A DNA stretch of 64,000 nt, taken from contig CBDCOZ010000003.1 in the NCBI GenBank assembly GCA_965220085.1, forward strand, positions 1,376,001 through 1,440,000. Direction: 5' to 3'. Made by a program: the position numbers and the translations under genes. Numbering within the stretch: position 1 is the first letter of the stretch; each line of letters begins with the position of its first letter. Under the pieces are notes generated by a model. It worked only from the letters and a program-made list of their open reading frames with translations. It made no database searches and was not told the origin of the DNA. This document shows, in pieces, positions 51,101-53,810 of the stretch. The DNA is from Candidatus Oxydemutatoraceae bacterium. GTDB lineage: Bacteria; Pseudomonadota; Gammaproteobacteria; Poriferisulfidales; Oxydemutatoraceae.

Positions 51101-53462
51101 CCTCGCCGCCATTGACAATCGCCGCGACATGATAGACATGCGCTGCGTTGTCGGTCGCGCCGTCGTCGTCGTATGTCGTTGCCGTCAAACCCGATGCGTT
51201 CGCTATCGCCGCCCCGTCACGGTAGAGGGCGTATGTGACAGCCGGCGCGCCCGCGCAGTGCGACACATCGGGCGCGGCCCAGGACAGATCTCTTGATGTG
51301 CCGGCGCCGGTCGCTGCCAAAAATGGCGGCGTACGCACTTGGCAGCCGAATTCCTGCCAACTCGCCTCCTCGCCATTGCCATCAAAATCAATCTTCAATG
51401 CCGGGTATTGCGAAGCGGTGCCAAAATCCCAATGGTCGACGGTGTCGCTATCGTCCCAATCGGCGTAGATGCCGCTGTAACCCGTCGGCGCTTGCAACAT
51501 TGATATAGTGTGCCCGGTGATGCCGGCTACGGTCACGCCGCTTCCCACCGAACCGACCGCGGTCGTTTTGCCCGATGCCCCGGTGTCCCAATACGCCGCT
51601 GTCGCCGAGTAAGCATTGCTGTCAAGACGACCGCCCAAGCCGCCGCTGTTCGTCGCCGCAGAGGCAATTAACCCCGTCGCATATGCGTACTTCAGTCGCA
51701 CCCGCCCCATATAGCCAAGCAGACCGCCGCTGATACCGCCGTAGCGTGTGCCTGCGGAGCGCGCGGTAACAAAGCCGGTCGCATAGACATGCTCCGCATC
51801 GCTGCTGGCATCATGAATGGCGCCGCCGATCAGGCCGCCGGCCTCGGCAGCGCTTTCGACATTGCCGCTCGCATAACTCAGTCGCACCATGCCGGCGTTA
51901 TTAATGCCGAGCAACGAACCGACCAGTACGTTGCCGTCCGCCGATACCGTCGAATAGGATTTCTCTATCGTGCCGCCGGCCAACTCGCCCGCTATGCCGC
52001 CGACCCTGTCATTGCTGTTGCCGGCCGAAACGGAACCGCTTATGCCAAGATTTGACACTGCGCCGCTTTCGCCGATAACGCCGAACAAACCTTGCCGGTC
52101 ATTGCCATCCGCCGTGCGATGGATATACAGGTTCGCAATCGTGTTGCCGTTGCCGTTGAATGTCGTCGCAAAGGGATTGGCAAGGTCGCCTATCGGCGAC
52201 CAGCCCTCGCCGATTGTCCAGGCGGTATTGACACTGCCCGATGCATAGCTCGCCGGATCTTCAAAATCCAGATCGGCCATCAATTCATAGCCCGCACAAA
52301 GGCCCGCGCAACCCTTATAGAAAAGAGCGGTGGGAAATGCCAGATCGTAGTCTGCCTGATTATCCGTCGCAATAGAGCCGTCGCCATCAAGGTCCCAGCG
52401 CATCGCATCGAGTTGCTCCAGATTGGCGACCTCCAGCAGGCCGTCGTCGTCTCTGTCGTAGTCAATGCCGACGCACGCATGCGCCTCGGCGGAGTATTCT
52501 TCCCCGGCGGCGCATTGGCTTACGCCGGTGTCTCCGCATGTGACGATGCCGGCGCCGGAGTCCGACCCCTCGTAGGCATACGGGGCGCAGACGGAATCGG
52601 GAGCGCCGGAAAATGATCCCGAGCATTGCCCGTTGCTTGACACGGTTCCGCCTTTGTTCTGGCACCAGTCGCTGAATTCCAAATCGGCGTCCGCAACACA
52701 GGCGGTTGTTCCGACAACAGCGGATTGTCCGGCGGGGCAGGAATACACACAAGTCTTGCCTGATGCCTCATAGCCTGACGGACATGTCGCCACGCAAGCG
52801 CCATTGTGCGCTAACGGGGCGCTCCCCGAGCAGAAAACGCAGTCCTTGTTTTCGTCTTTCACTTTGTTCGCCGGACAGGCATCAACGCAAGCGCCGTTGT
52901 CCGCCGCTTGTCCCGCCGAACAAGCGACGCACATGTTGTCGTCCACCGCCTGACCCGGGTCACAGAGATCACAGCGGCTGTTTTGCGCCACTTTGTTTGG
53001 CGGGCACGCGGGAACACAAAGCCCGTTGTCGTCAAATGTCCCGGAATTACACACGCATGCGTGAGCGGCAACGCTGAAATGCCTCCCTGCGGGACAGGTG
53101 CTGCTGCTGCTTCCGTCATTCCTGCATCTCCGCATGTTGCCTCTGTCGGCAACAAGGTCTCTCCTGCTATACGGAGCGCATGAAAATGCGGGCTCGAAGA
53201 AGCAGTCACGCAGTCCCCCTGTGGCCGCATTGGGGGCGAAGGAACCATAATCGTTCGCCACACACCATTCTGCGAATTCCAAATCAGCTTCAAGAAAGCA
53301 GCCGAAACTCTCGATAGCAGAGTGTTGTCCGGCCGGGCAATTGCCGACATGCGCCTGTGCGGACGAGGCAAACATTGCGGCAAGGATTGCCACAGCGCAA
53401 ATCGATACGACGGCAAATGCGGGAACGGAAACCCTGTTATGACGTGGTTGAGGTTTTAACAT
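24132..53462 (-). CDS. Giant secreted adhesin-like protein, 9776 aa (Cys-rich head, 17 GLUG-like/FN3-like modules, 14 cadherin-like repeats)
   Basis: Signal peptide ending FASSAQA|H. Furin-like CxxxCP repeats. 17 modules start (D/N)YDxDxDxLI/LE/D and contain GYEL..DLDF, F.GNG..I.NL, GLFG and VGGL.G. Fourteen ~106-aa repeats have IAENA..G, LF.ID..SG.I and LDYE. Confidence 0.95.
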   Translation of the reverse strand: MLKPQPRHNRVSVPAFAVVSICAVAILAAMFASSAQAHVGNCPAGQHSAIESFGCFLEADLEFAEWCVANDYGSFAPNAATGGLRDCFFEPAFSCAPYSRRDLVADRGNMRRCRNDGSSSSTCPAGRHFSVAAHACVCNSGTFDDNGLCVPACPPNKVAQNSRCDLCDPGQAVDDNMCVACSAGQAADNGACVDACPANKVKDENKDCVFCSGSAPLAHNGACVATCPSGYEASGKTCVYSCPAGQSAVVGTTACVADADLEFSDWCQNKGGTVSSNGQCSGSFSGAPDSVCAPYAYEGSDSGAGIVTCGDTGVSQCAAGEEYSAEAHACVGIDYDRDDDGLLEVANLEQLDAMRWDLDGDGSIATDNQADYDLAFPTALFYKGCAGLCAGYELMADLDFEDPASYASGSVNTAWTIGEGWSPIGDLANPFATTFNGNGNTIANLYIHRTADGNDRQGLFGVIGESGAVSNLGISGSVSAGNSNDRVGGIAGELAGGTIEKSYSTVSADGNVLVGSLLGINNAGMVRLSYASGNVESAAEAGGLIGGAIHDASSDAEHVYATGFVTARSAGTRYGGISGGLLGYMGRVRLKYAYATGLIASAATNSGGLGGRLDSNAYSATAAYWDTGASGKTTAVGSVGSGVTVAGITGHTISMLQAPTGYSGIYADWDDSDTVDHWDFGTASQYPALKIDFDGNGEEASWQEFGCQVRTPPFLAATGAGTSRDLSWAAPDVSHCAGAPAVTYALYRDGAAIANASGLTATTYDDDGATDNAAHVYHVAAIVNGGEASRHSYLSGPRDYDSDDNGLIEIETLEQLDAVRYDLDSDGSVAAGDQANYAAAFPDAADNMGCVNGVCIGYELKNKLLFNSAASYRNGVVNAAWTSGEGWTPIGNDATNYTGTFDGNGNTIENLHIDRAADDNDRQGLFGVVGSTGTVTNIGVTNGSVSGGDDNDRIGGLVGELRGGTIEKSYSTVATTGGALVGSLVGFNNAGTVRLSYASGSVDSVAEAGGLLGGAAHDVGSNAEHVYATGLVTASRPAATRDGGVSGGLVGNMGMAQLKYAYATALLASSATNSGGFGGRLDSNDYSATAAYWDTKTSGKANAVGLKTFAESISGIEPKTTAELQSPTGYGGIYADWDDNNITDHWDFGSASQYPALKTDFDNDNTVTWQEFGYQLREGPPNLAVRGSAARVLTWDRPTVSHWSPAPDIIYVVYRDGAAESDLAAGLTAETHTSIDSDGVGTHVFHVAAAINGGEASRSFFSSQEAQDYDSDDDRLIEISALEQLNAIRWDLDGSGEADNNSNMANWLTAFPSAADNMGCPAPAQQGDPHCIGYELSNDLDFDDSGSYASGSVKTDWTRDEGWTPIGDSANFFAATFDGNGHTIANLHINRNENRQGLFGETGNATISRLGLTGSVTTSNNDTGALIGRMSGATVIEDAYVAADVTGALRTALLVGFISEGGAVRRSYATGSARGQSEAGGISGAIQRGATAEHVYATGHIAVPAGNKRRPGGLFGWFGDATLKYGYATALIGSGAARGGIGGINSNHHTGVFDAVYWDREAAAVSAPFGNDAFEGNVTAKTTAELQTPGGYVGIYAGWNAADAAGNATDYWDFGAASQYPALKIDFDGNDRVTWQEFGYQLRAGPTVTAARSVGGVVLSWSAPTMPSEWSPPPTIAYGIYRDGNLLSGDVSGTSHTDGNATDYRVYEYHVVAAVDGHESHNSFVSVAADYDIDNDNLIETNTLEQLNAIRWDLDGNGIAASAATDMYTLAFPNAVAGMGCQSDCVGYELTRGLDFDRRNSYAGNVDEGWSKGEGRQGWPPIGDSANPFAATFAGNGHMIANLHIDRAADGNDRQGLFGVVGSRGTVSNVGISGSISAGDDNDMVGGLAGELAGGAIEKSYSTVSADGGAGVGSLLGFNNAGTVRLSYATGNVGSVAEAGGLIGGVAQNVASDAEHVYATGFVSASRTAGNGGNAGGLLGHMGMVRLKHAYATALIAAGATNSGGLGGRLDNSSYSATAAYWDTAISGKTTAVGSAESGVTVVGLTGQSTSALQTPIAYSGIYAEWDEGDTADHWDFGSALQYPALKVDFNGDGTASWEEFGYQLRAGPALTSGVGDDINNRALYWTAPSAPSAWSPAPTITYAVYRDGEKLSGSADSVTENSVTTYAYADTPPYATGEYAYYVAAVIHGGEAGRSTTVLGPDYDLDNDGLIEIETLERLNAVRWDLDGDGTPATDNASDYESAFVNMDPVASCPGGCAGYELANDLDFEDPASYAGGSTSTQDWIDNPDDSDAETGWAPIGEDGAANFTAVFNGNGHAIYNLYINRAADGNDRLGLFGAIGGGRVLNLGVTGAVSGGDNNDRIGGVAGELFGGAIERSYSTVSAEGSALVGSLLGVNNGGAVSASYATGIVDSVAESGGLIGGVAPDKNSAIEHVYASGFVSASRTADNGGAAGGLIGFMGMAQLKYAYASAMIATAATHSGGLGGRLDSTLTVTAAYWDSSVANKSSAVGSLRQNQTITGAQRKTRAELQAPTDYDGIYEGWNLNDIDGNASDYWDFGAPSQYPVLKVDFNGDDTASWEEFGYQLREAPGNLSITASGEQITVSWEAPSAPSAWTNAPPIAYRAYRDGARVRALDAATLSVTETVSDLTASLVYHIAAVIHGGEASRAIITAAPTDYDSDDDGLLEITTLEQLDAVRYDLNADGKTDSQSDATAYQAAFSPFSVSNLGCPSACVGYELMNDLDFAADASYRDAAANKSAWTSGEGWTPIGDSSDKFAGTLKGNGHTIYNLRIERDGNQQGLFGHADGATISNLGVTGSVTATGSSNTDVGGLIGKADDTTIEQVYSAATVTGGEFRASPLAGFLTNGSAVRRSYATGAASADNGAAGIAGMIQGSAVAEHVYAAGYIGDGDSARAGGLFGRMGAATVGYAYATAQIALGAAERGGIAGYNDDQVTAFNAVYWDTDVSAVSEAYGGIQTAAEALGPSSKTTAELQTPGGYVGIYANWNPNDADGNPTDYWDFGDASQYPALKVDFDGDGEARWEEFGYQLREGPRYLSAVGRGADRTLTWVAPDVSHWSLPPAVAYNVYRSGASTELLVAGIGALSYGDATATANADHTYHVAAVVNGGEAARSVIVSGGIDYDTDDDNLIEISTLEQLNAIRWDLDNGDGGASAGNAPAYGEAFHSALDGMGCHSACAGYELTRDLDFNDPGSYRSGVVNAEWTSGDGWASIGGNNNRLKTTFDGAGHTIYNLYVNRVANLQGLFGVVGSDGVISNLGVTGSVSLGGSSERVGGIAGQLNEGTIEKSYSSVMTEGNKLVGSLLGINEKGTLRLSYATGNAEANSEAGGLSGGVHHDQTGSRVEHAYATGFVNPTRGGAMKWGGGLIGYLGRVQLKYAYSVALVHPAANLSGGLGGQNPGQGAAFDAVYWNTETSGKTNAVGGGSGAGITARTSAELRAPTTYAGIYADWDEGDTTDYWDFGSASQYPALKIDFNNDNKVTWQEFGYQLREGPMTAIAVRDGNSNALSWSAPDTSHWSAAPPTITYNVYRNGTALANASGLAATSHTDADAPLIGGNEYAYHVAAVVNGGEASRSLVAQSNPQDYDSDDDGLIEISNLEQLNAMRWDLDGNGAVAAGDQANYDAAFPEAIANMGCGGGACGGYELEFDLDFDDPADYASGSMAVSPLLMQGETRVNWLPIGDAGDKFTGTLKGNGRTIYNLYIERDGNQQGLFGYADGATIGNLGVTGSVTASGSSDTDVGGLIGRADDTTIEEAYSAAAVTGASRSAPLVGRITGGAVRRSYATGNVSADNEPAGIAGALLGGAVAEHVYAAGYIGGDGDKRPGGLFGRLGESTVKYGYATAQIASGGAERGGIAGHNDSQVTAFDAVYWDADTSAVGAAYGSIQTAAEAVGPAAKMTAELQEPTGYDGIYADWDDGNAADYWDFGDASQYPVLKIDFNGDSMARWQEFGYQLREGPRDLIIAGPSGESGAPVAWTAPETSHWTTPPTVAYNVYRDDQAAALATGITALTYSDTSAIATATYAYYVAAVVNGGEAARSVVEFDPVDYDSDDNGLIEISNLEQLNALRWDLDGDGAPTANGYYGAFLNPMADMGCGAGVCVGYELEKDLDFDDAASYAGGVDNGWSKGESGEGWLPIGAVANRFSATFNGNGNAIYNLHIDRSAATEQGLFGSVGSNGTVSNVGITGSVLASMDDTDEDSAIGGLIGELAAGGTAEKNWSSVSVRGNFAVAPLVGGATGATVRLSYGTGSAIARQQAAGLIGGIGGSSAIEHVYAAGYVNAATIGLQRWGGGLLGYSAGSRLRYGYATAAVFASPDGRHGGIAGVNDDGQMVYASAYWDLETSAVSRGVGQGPSAGTAGYATAQLQAPTGYEGIYADWDEGGSTDYWDFGSASQYPALKIDFNNDGMASWEEFGYQLRSGPGNALAIGDASTRTVTWDAPDTSHWSSPPAVTYAVYRDGHALSNATSIVGTTYVDSEQLSADAAPDYVVAAIINGGESVRSVVDTRMTDYDSDSDGLIEISTLEQLNAVRWDLGGGGAASADNTTAYEAAFSGAIPDMGCVNDACVGYELVADLDFDDSGDYADGAVSAAWTTGEGWPPIGNRAAPFAATFDGNGNGVAGLHIDRAADNNDGQGLFGAIGNGAVVSNFRVGGSVSAGGANDRIGGIAGELIGGAIERSYSEATVSGGGHTGSLLGHIDGGTLRISYATGSVNAAVSGGGLVGGSASTAATVEHVYATGSVSAAAVGGLIGVGVGATVRYAYATALPTGAFAGGVSGDGAGTFEEAYWDTVASNGADASGVGAVSGITGLMTSALQAPAGYDGIYADWNANDANGNATDHWDFGTASQYPALKADVNRDHAATWQEFGCQLRAGPLSLIAVGTATTRTLSWIAPDTSHCAPAPTLAYNIYRDGEAIADATNISERTYADTGRQAGSEYAYLVAAVINGGEASRSFVRSGRTNDYDDNDDGLIEISNLEQLNALRWDLDGDGRVSSDTRGDYMRAFPDSQDGMGCPSEVCAGYELTKGLDFNEAASYIFGAVDAAWTTGEGWTPLGDNADRFATTFNGNGHAIYNLHIDRAAGEQGLFGVIGSSGTVSNIGVTGMVRAPHGDTGHANIGGVAGRVIGVLEKSWSSVSAEGNSAVGALAGSVSGNGTVRLSYATGNAYARQQAGGLIGGASSASVANIIEHAYATGYVNPTAGEPKRWSGGIAGYMDDLRLRYSYSTALIHADAAASGGVGGFNAGATFAAAYWDTQASGASAAVGANSSDGIAGQTTAELQAPTAYSGIYAGWDANDSNGNATDYWDFGAASQYPALKIDFDNDGMPSWQEFGYQLRQGPTNFGITGFGGAARELSWTAPDISHWDSDPDRALLASDISYVVYRNKTLLAGAIGSAIDNGVMTYAYADTVSDATVKHGYRVAAIIHGGEAARAYGRTLHDYDSDDDGLIDIRNLEQLDAIRYDLDGNGKISSSNEASHISAFPDALADMGCPGACGGYELMSDLDFNDDDDYIDAAANKSSWTVGAGWAPIGDTTAGFAAIFNGNGRTVSNLRINRAAAGANDQGLFGVIGNGTVSKLGVTGSVAIETGGTGNNRAGGIAGTLSGGVIEDSYSAVAVTGLRFNGSLLGHNDGGAVRRSYASGVVNSRSEGGGLIGRVHDAAGNSTASHVYATGYVISGGRSGGLIGELGNMRLRYGYAAALVSGPASGNVGGYLADNAYSASAAYGDSVISGQANAIGAPAAGASVSGIEARTTAALQGPQGYVGIYADWDANDANGNATDYWDFGTASQYPALKTDFNNDNKVTWQEFGYQLREGPQTLAVSAGRMLSWTAPDTSHWSKNPPTIAYAVYRDGLAVTGALAATAYSDTGATPDATHTYHVAAVINGGEASRSSIASREKDYDPDDNGLIDVRTLEQLNAMRWDLDGNGSPAAGNEDDYALAFPDAALNMGCRDDTCSGYELKNDLDFADAASYAGGDTSARDWTDNPDDGDSEAGWMPIGDTTAQFATRFNGNGNTIYNLYINRDANQQGLFGETGRTTISNLGVTGSVTALGSANEDVGGLVGKTNNTAIEEAYSAVSVSGGWRASPLVGFITGGGAVRRSYASGNAYADREPAGISGAVEDDAIVEHVYATGYMNATRGGNKKSPGGLFGWFGDATLKYGYATAQIARGASARGGIVGTNGRFHSGTFDAVYWDADTSDVSAGFGAGSGAEDTGAAVAKTSAELQAPTTYAGIYAKWDEGDGDYWDFGSANQYPALKIDFDNDGDASWQEFGYQLREGPKELKAIGARALSWAPPDTSHWPKNPPTVTYAVYGNGVAAAAGLTATTHADNAPLGGNATDIAYHVAAVINGGEAGRSAVRAVNYDADGDNLIEVGNLEQLNAMRWDLDGNGEPAAGNASAYATAFPDAPAGMGCPNTCDGYELTTDLDFEDAASYAGGDTSAQDWTDNPGDGDSEAGWPPIGNNTANFIAAFDGNGHVIANLHINRAADNNDRQGLFGVIGNGGRIANLGVIGSVSIGADNDRAGGIAGELAGGAIERSYSAASAAGGKLIGSLLGVNAGGTVRASYATGYADGVAETGGLFGGASDNADSVAEHVYATGFVSASRAAGAGGNAGGLLGLMGRAQLKYAYSVALVASAATNSGGLAGRLDNNNYSATAAYWNSSVANKSAAVGSVSGATVAGISGQSTSALQAPTGYDGIYADWDANDATGNATDYWDFGAAAQYPALKADFDGDDEASWEEFGCQLRAGPSLNASGAGASRKLVWLAPDVSHCASAPTVAYVVYRDGAAISGATPISATTYSDTGRVAAAPHTYQVAAIINGGEASRSAGMTGAAEDYDSDDDGLIEISNLEQLNAVRWDLGGDGAPATGKESDYSAAFSDAVAGMGCPSGSGCIGYELMSDLDFDDATSYASRTVNAAWAASGSAAGWMPIGDATANFAGTFDGNGHTIANLYINRAAAGNNNRGLFGVIGAGTISNLGVTGSVTVADGAIGNNQAGGIAGRLSGGTIEDSYSTAAARGLRFIGSLLGHNHGGTVQRSYASGSVDARSESGGLIGRVTDDAGASKVEHSYAAGYLSAAASGVTGGLSGGLLGELGNAQLKYGYATTLVSGSRSGGLVGKGGASSDVSASYWDTITSVRANAIGNGSVSGISGLTTTALQLPTTYSGIYAEWDESGGDYWDFGDSDEYPVLKVDFNGDGNASWEEFGYQLRQGPQNLSATGFDATTRELTWTAPRVPAAWSPAPTIAYAVYRDGAKLSGTVSSATDNGVTTYAYVDSGRVAGEKYAYHVAAVIAGGEAARAYAEALRDYDADDDGLIEVSDLEQLNAVRWDLNGDGAPATGNESDYAAAFPDAAAGMGCPGACAGYELANGLDFDDAASYASGSTAASPLLITGDDRVEWMPIGDDANAFATTFDGNGKTIANLYINRAADDNDRQGLFGVIGSGGAVSNIGVSGSVNGGDNNDRIGGIAGELTGGAIERSYSAVAAKGGMLVGSLLGFNNAGAVRTSYATGYVTGAAEAGGLIGGAIDNANSVAEHVYATGFVTASRAAGAGGNAGGLLGSMGSARLKYAYATALIAGAATNSGGFGGRLAGNNYSASAAYWDTLASGKTTAVGSLESGATVSGIEAKTTAELQTPIDYAGIYADWNEGGTTDHWDFGAASQYPALKADFNGDGNASWQEFGCQLREGPAVTSRAGAGSRDLFWSAPVTSHCAGAPAVAYAVYRDATAITGAQAVTRTTYNDASATVGATHVYHVAAVIDGGEPRRGRAVSGATDYDSNDNGLIEISNLEQFDAMRWDPDGDGDTAADRRDDYARAFPDAPVGMGCPGACAGYELTTDLDFDDAASYASRTVNAAWTSGAGWMPIGNAAIKFTATFNGNGHTIYNLYLDRNGHRQALFGYADGATLSNLGVTGSVTALLSNNTDTGGLVGLANNTTIEEAYSAVAVTGGLRASPLAGFITGGGAVRRSYASGNVHADREPAGISGAIRDGATAEHAYATGRMDATRGSEKTSPGGLFGWFGDATLNYGYATAQIARGASARGGIAGTNSGSHAGAFAAVCWDSDTSDVSAGFGSGSAAGDSGDVAAKTTAELQAPTTYAGIYAGWDANDSAGNATDYWDFGTASQYPALKIDFDGDSNASWQEFGCQLRDGPQGLNGNLPDSDDTTVVTLAWTPPDTSHWTDGACVDAAADMTYRIYRNGAALSGASGLKTATYAATGAANGDAYHVAAVINGGEASRSVYHYELAGILSIRDREGAANAIAENTTTGTVISSVVLAAQVADGSAVSGVTWGLAEPSGLFAIDRDSGEITVIGALDFETAQSHAITVTAMAAGYATAAWELTIHIANTVESLTIEDSDSAANMIAEDASSGTRVSGIDLTANEGELEVTEGLRWALTDGAGGLFAIDRDSGEIRLIGALDFETAESHTITAQVSMAAFVRTLTLTIDVKDVAEILMITDSDSAANAIAENAPAGAAVSGVAPTARDVDGAVVSGVTWGLIDPSGLFAIDRDSGEVTAVGALNFEIAERHAITVTAAADGYETAAWELTITIENALEALEITDSNSATNAIAENATAGAQVDGIMFVVRDERNEPITTGLAWKLTDNADGLFAIDAASGAISLRASAALDYESTRTYAVMATVEVGDVASAALSLAITIENALETLKVTDSDSAANTIAENATAGAQVDGIALIARDENAEPVTTGLAWKLTDDADGLFAIDADSGAISLRASDMLDYESTRTTYAVMAAVEVGDVASAALTLAITIENALETLKVTDSDSTTNTIAENATAGAQVDGIAFVVRDENDEPVTAGLAWKLTDDADGLFAIDVDSGAISLRASATLDYESTQTHAVMATAEVGDVASAALPLAITIENALETLKVTDSDSTTNTIAENATAGAQVDGIAFIVRDENNKRVTTGVTWKLTDDAGGLFKIAADSGEITLATAALDYESTQTHAVMATAEVGDVASAALPLEITIENALETLEITDSNPATNVIAENATAGAQVDGIAFIVRDENNKRVTTGLAWKLTDDAGGVFKIAADSGEITLATAALDYESTQTHAVMATAEVGDVASAALPLEITIENALETLTVTDSNPATNVIAEDAAIGAQVDGIALIARDENDEPVTTGVTWKLTDGARGLFAADAVSGAISLRTFAMPDYESMPMHTVMVTAQVGDVASAAFPLEITVENVLETLTVTDSNPATNTIAENTDVGAPVDGIALMARDENENRVTTGVTWKLTDDAGGLFKIAADSGEITLATAALDYESAQIYTLWVAVEVGGVTSSVFPLEITIENALETLKVTDSNSAINAIAENATAGAQVDGIALVVRDERNEPVTTGLAWKLTDNADGLFAIDADSGAISLRASAALDYESTQTTYAVMAAVEVGDVASAALPLPITIENVLEALKVTDSNSTTNTIAENAPAGAQVDGIALVVRDERNEPVTTGLAWKLTDDAGGVFKISTDSGAISLRASDTLDYESTRTTYAVMATAAVGDVAAAALTVEITIENALETLEVTDSDPATNTIAENAPAGAQVDGIALVARDENDEPVTTGVTWELTDNADGLFAADAISGAISLRASAALDYESTQTHAVMATAEVGDVVSAALPLLITIENVPDTLTVTDDDGASSIIAENAAAGAQVGGITFMVRDENNEPVTTGLTWTLTDDAGGLFVIDAESGEITLAAAASDYGDAREHTLMVQVTRDGETSVPFPVRVYAGGMFGLDSTDAPRIKLRLRLFLEGPLR
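24240..28655 (-). repeat. 14 tandem cadherin-like coding repeats (~318-324 bp)
   Basis: Near-identical DNA units; protein motifs TDS..ATN.IAENA.AG, LTDDA.GLF and LDYES. Confidence 0.9.
28660..52465 (-). repeat. 17 tandem ~1.4-kb coding modules
   Basis: Module starts counted in the translation from ~52460 down to ~30074 at ~1.39-kb spacing. Confidence 0.9.
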
Positions 53463-53572
53463 AAACTACCGGTAAATTCAGTCTTATCTGCATGCCCCTA
53501 AGCAACCTGCCTTATGCTTCGAACTTTGCAAACCGCTCATTAACAAATTCGTTTGTTTCATCTGACAGCCAA

Positions 53573-53612
53573 GGGCTAAGGGCTAGGGCTAGGGCTAGGG
53601 GGGATTATAACA
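53573..53612 (-). promoter_or_regulatory. Extended -10 promoter (TGtTATAAT, 53604-53612) for the giant gene, followed by a (GGGCTA)n tract
   Basis: Minus strand TGTTATAAT-CCCCCC-TAGCCC-TAGCCC-TAGCCC-TTAGCCC lies ~140 nt upstream of ATG 53462. Confidence 0.6.
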
Positions 53613-53810
53613 AAAACAGCCGCCAAACCCGGCTGTTCCCCGAAGTCTGATATCCCCTCTCGCAGAGGCTGATGAGCGAATGCCTTGGCGGCGGCTTATC
53701 CTATCGCTCCTCCCGCAAGGGAGCGCGTCGGTTGGCGTTGCGATGCAGGGATGCTTTATAATTGTAACTCCGATAGGCGCCGGCACAAGTTAGATGCCGG
53801 CACAGATTAA

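Noticed and set aside
24282-53416. Many short ORFs on both strands inside the 9776-aa gene
   Set aside because: Shadow or alternative frames of GC-rich repetitive coding DNA.
1-53462. Diversity-generating retroelement or shufflon acting on the giant genes or hsdS
   Set aside because: No reverse transcriptase or invertase is seen, no TR/VR pair with adenine-specific differences was noticed, and there are no inverted hsdS copies.
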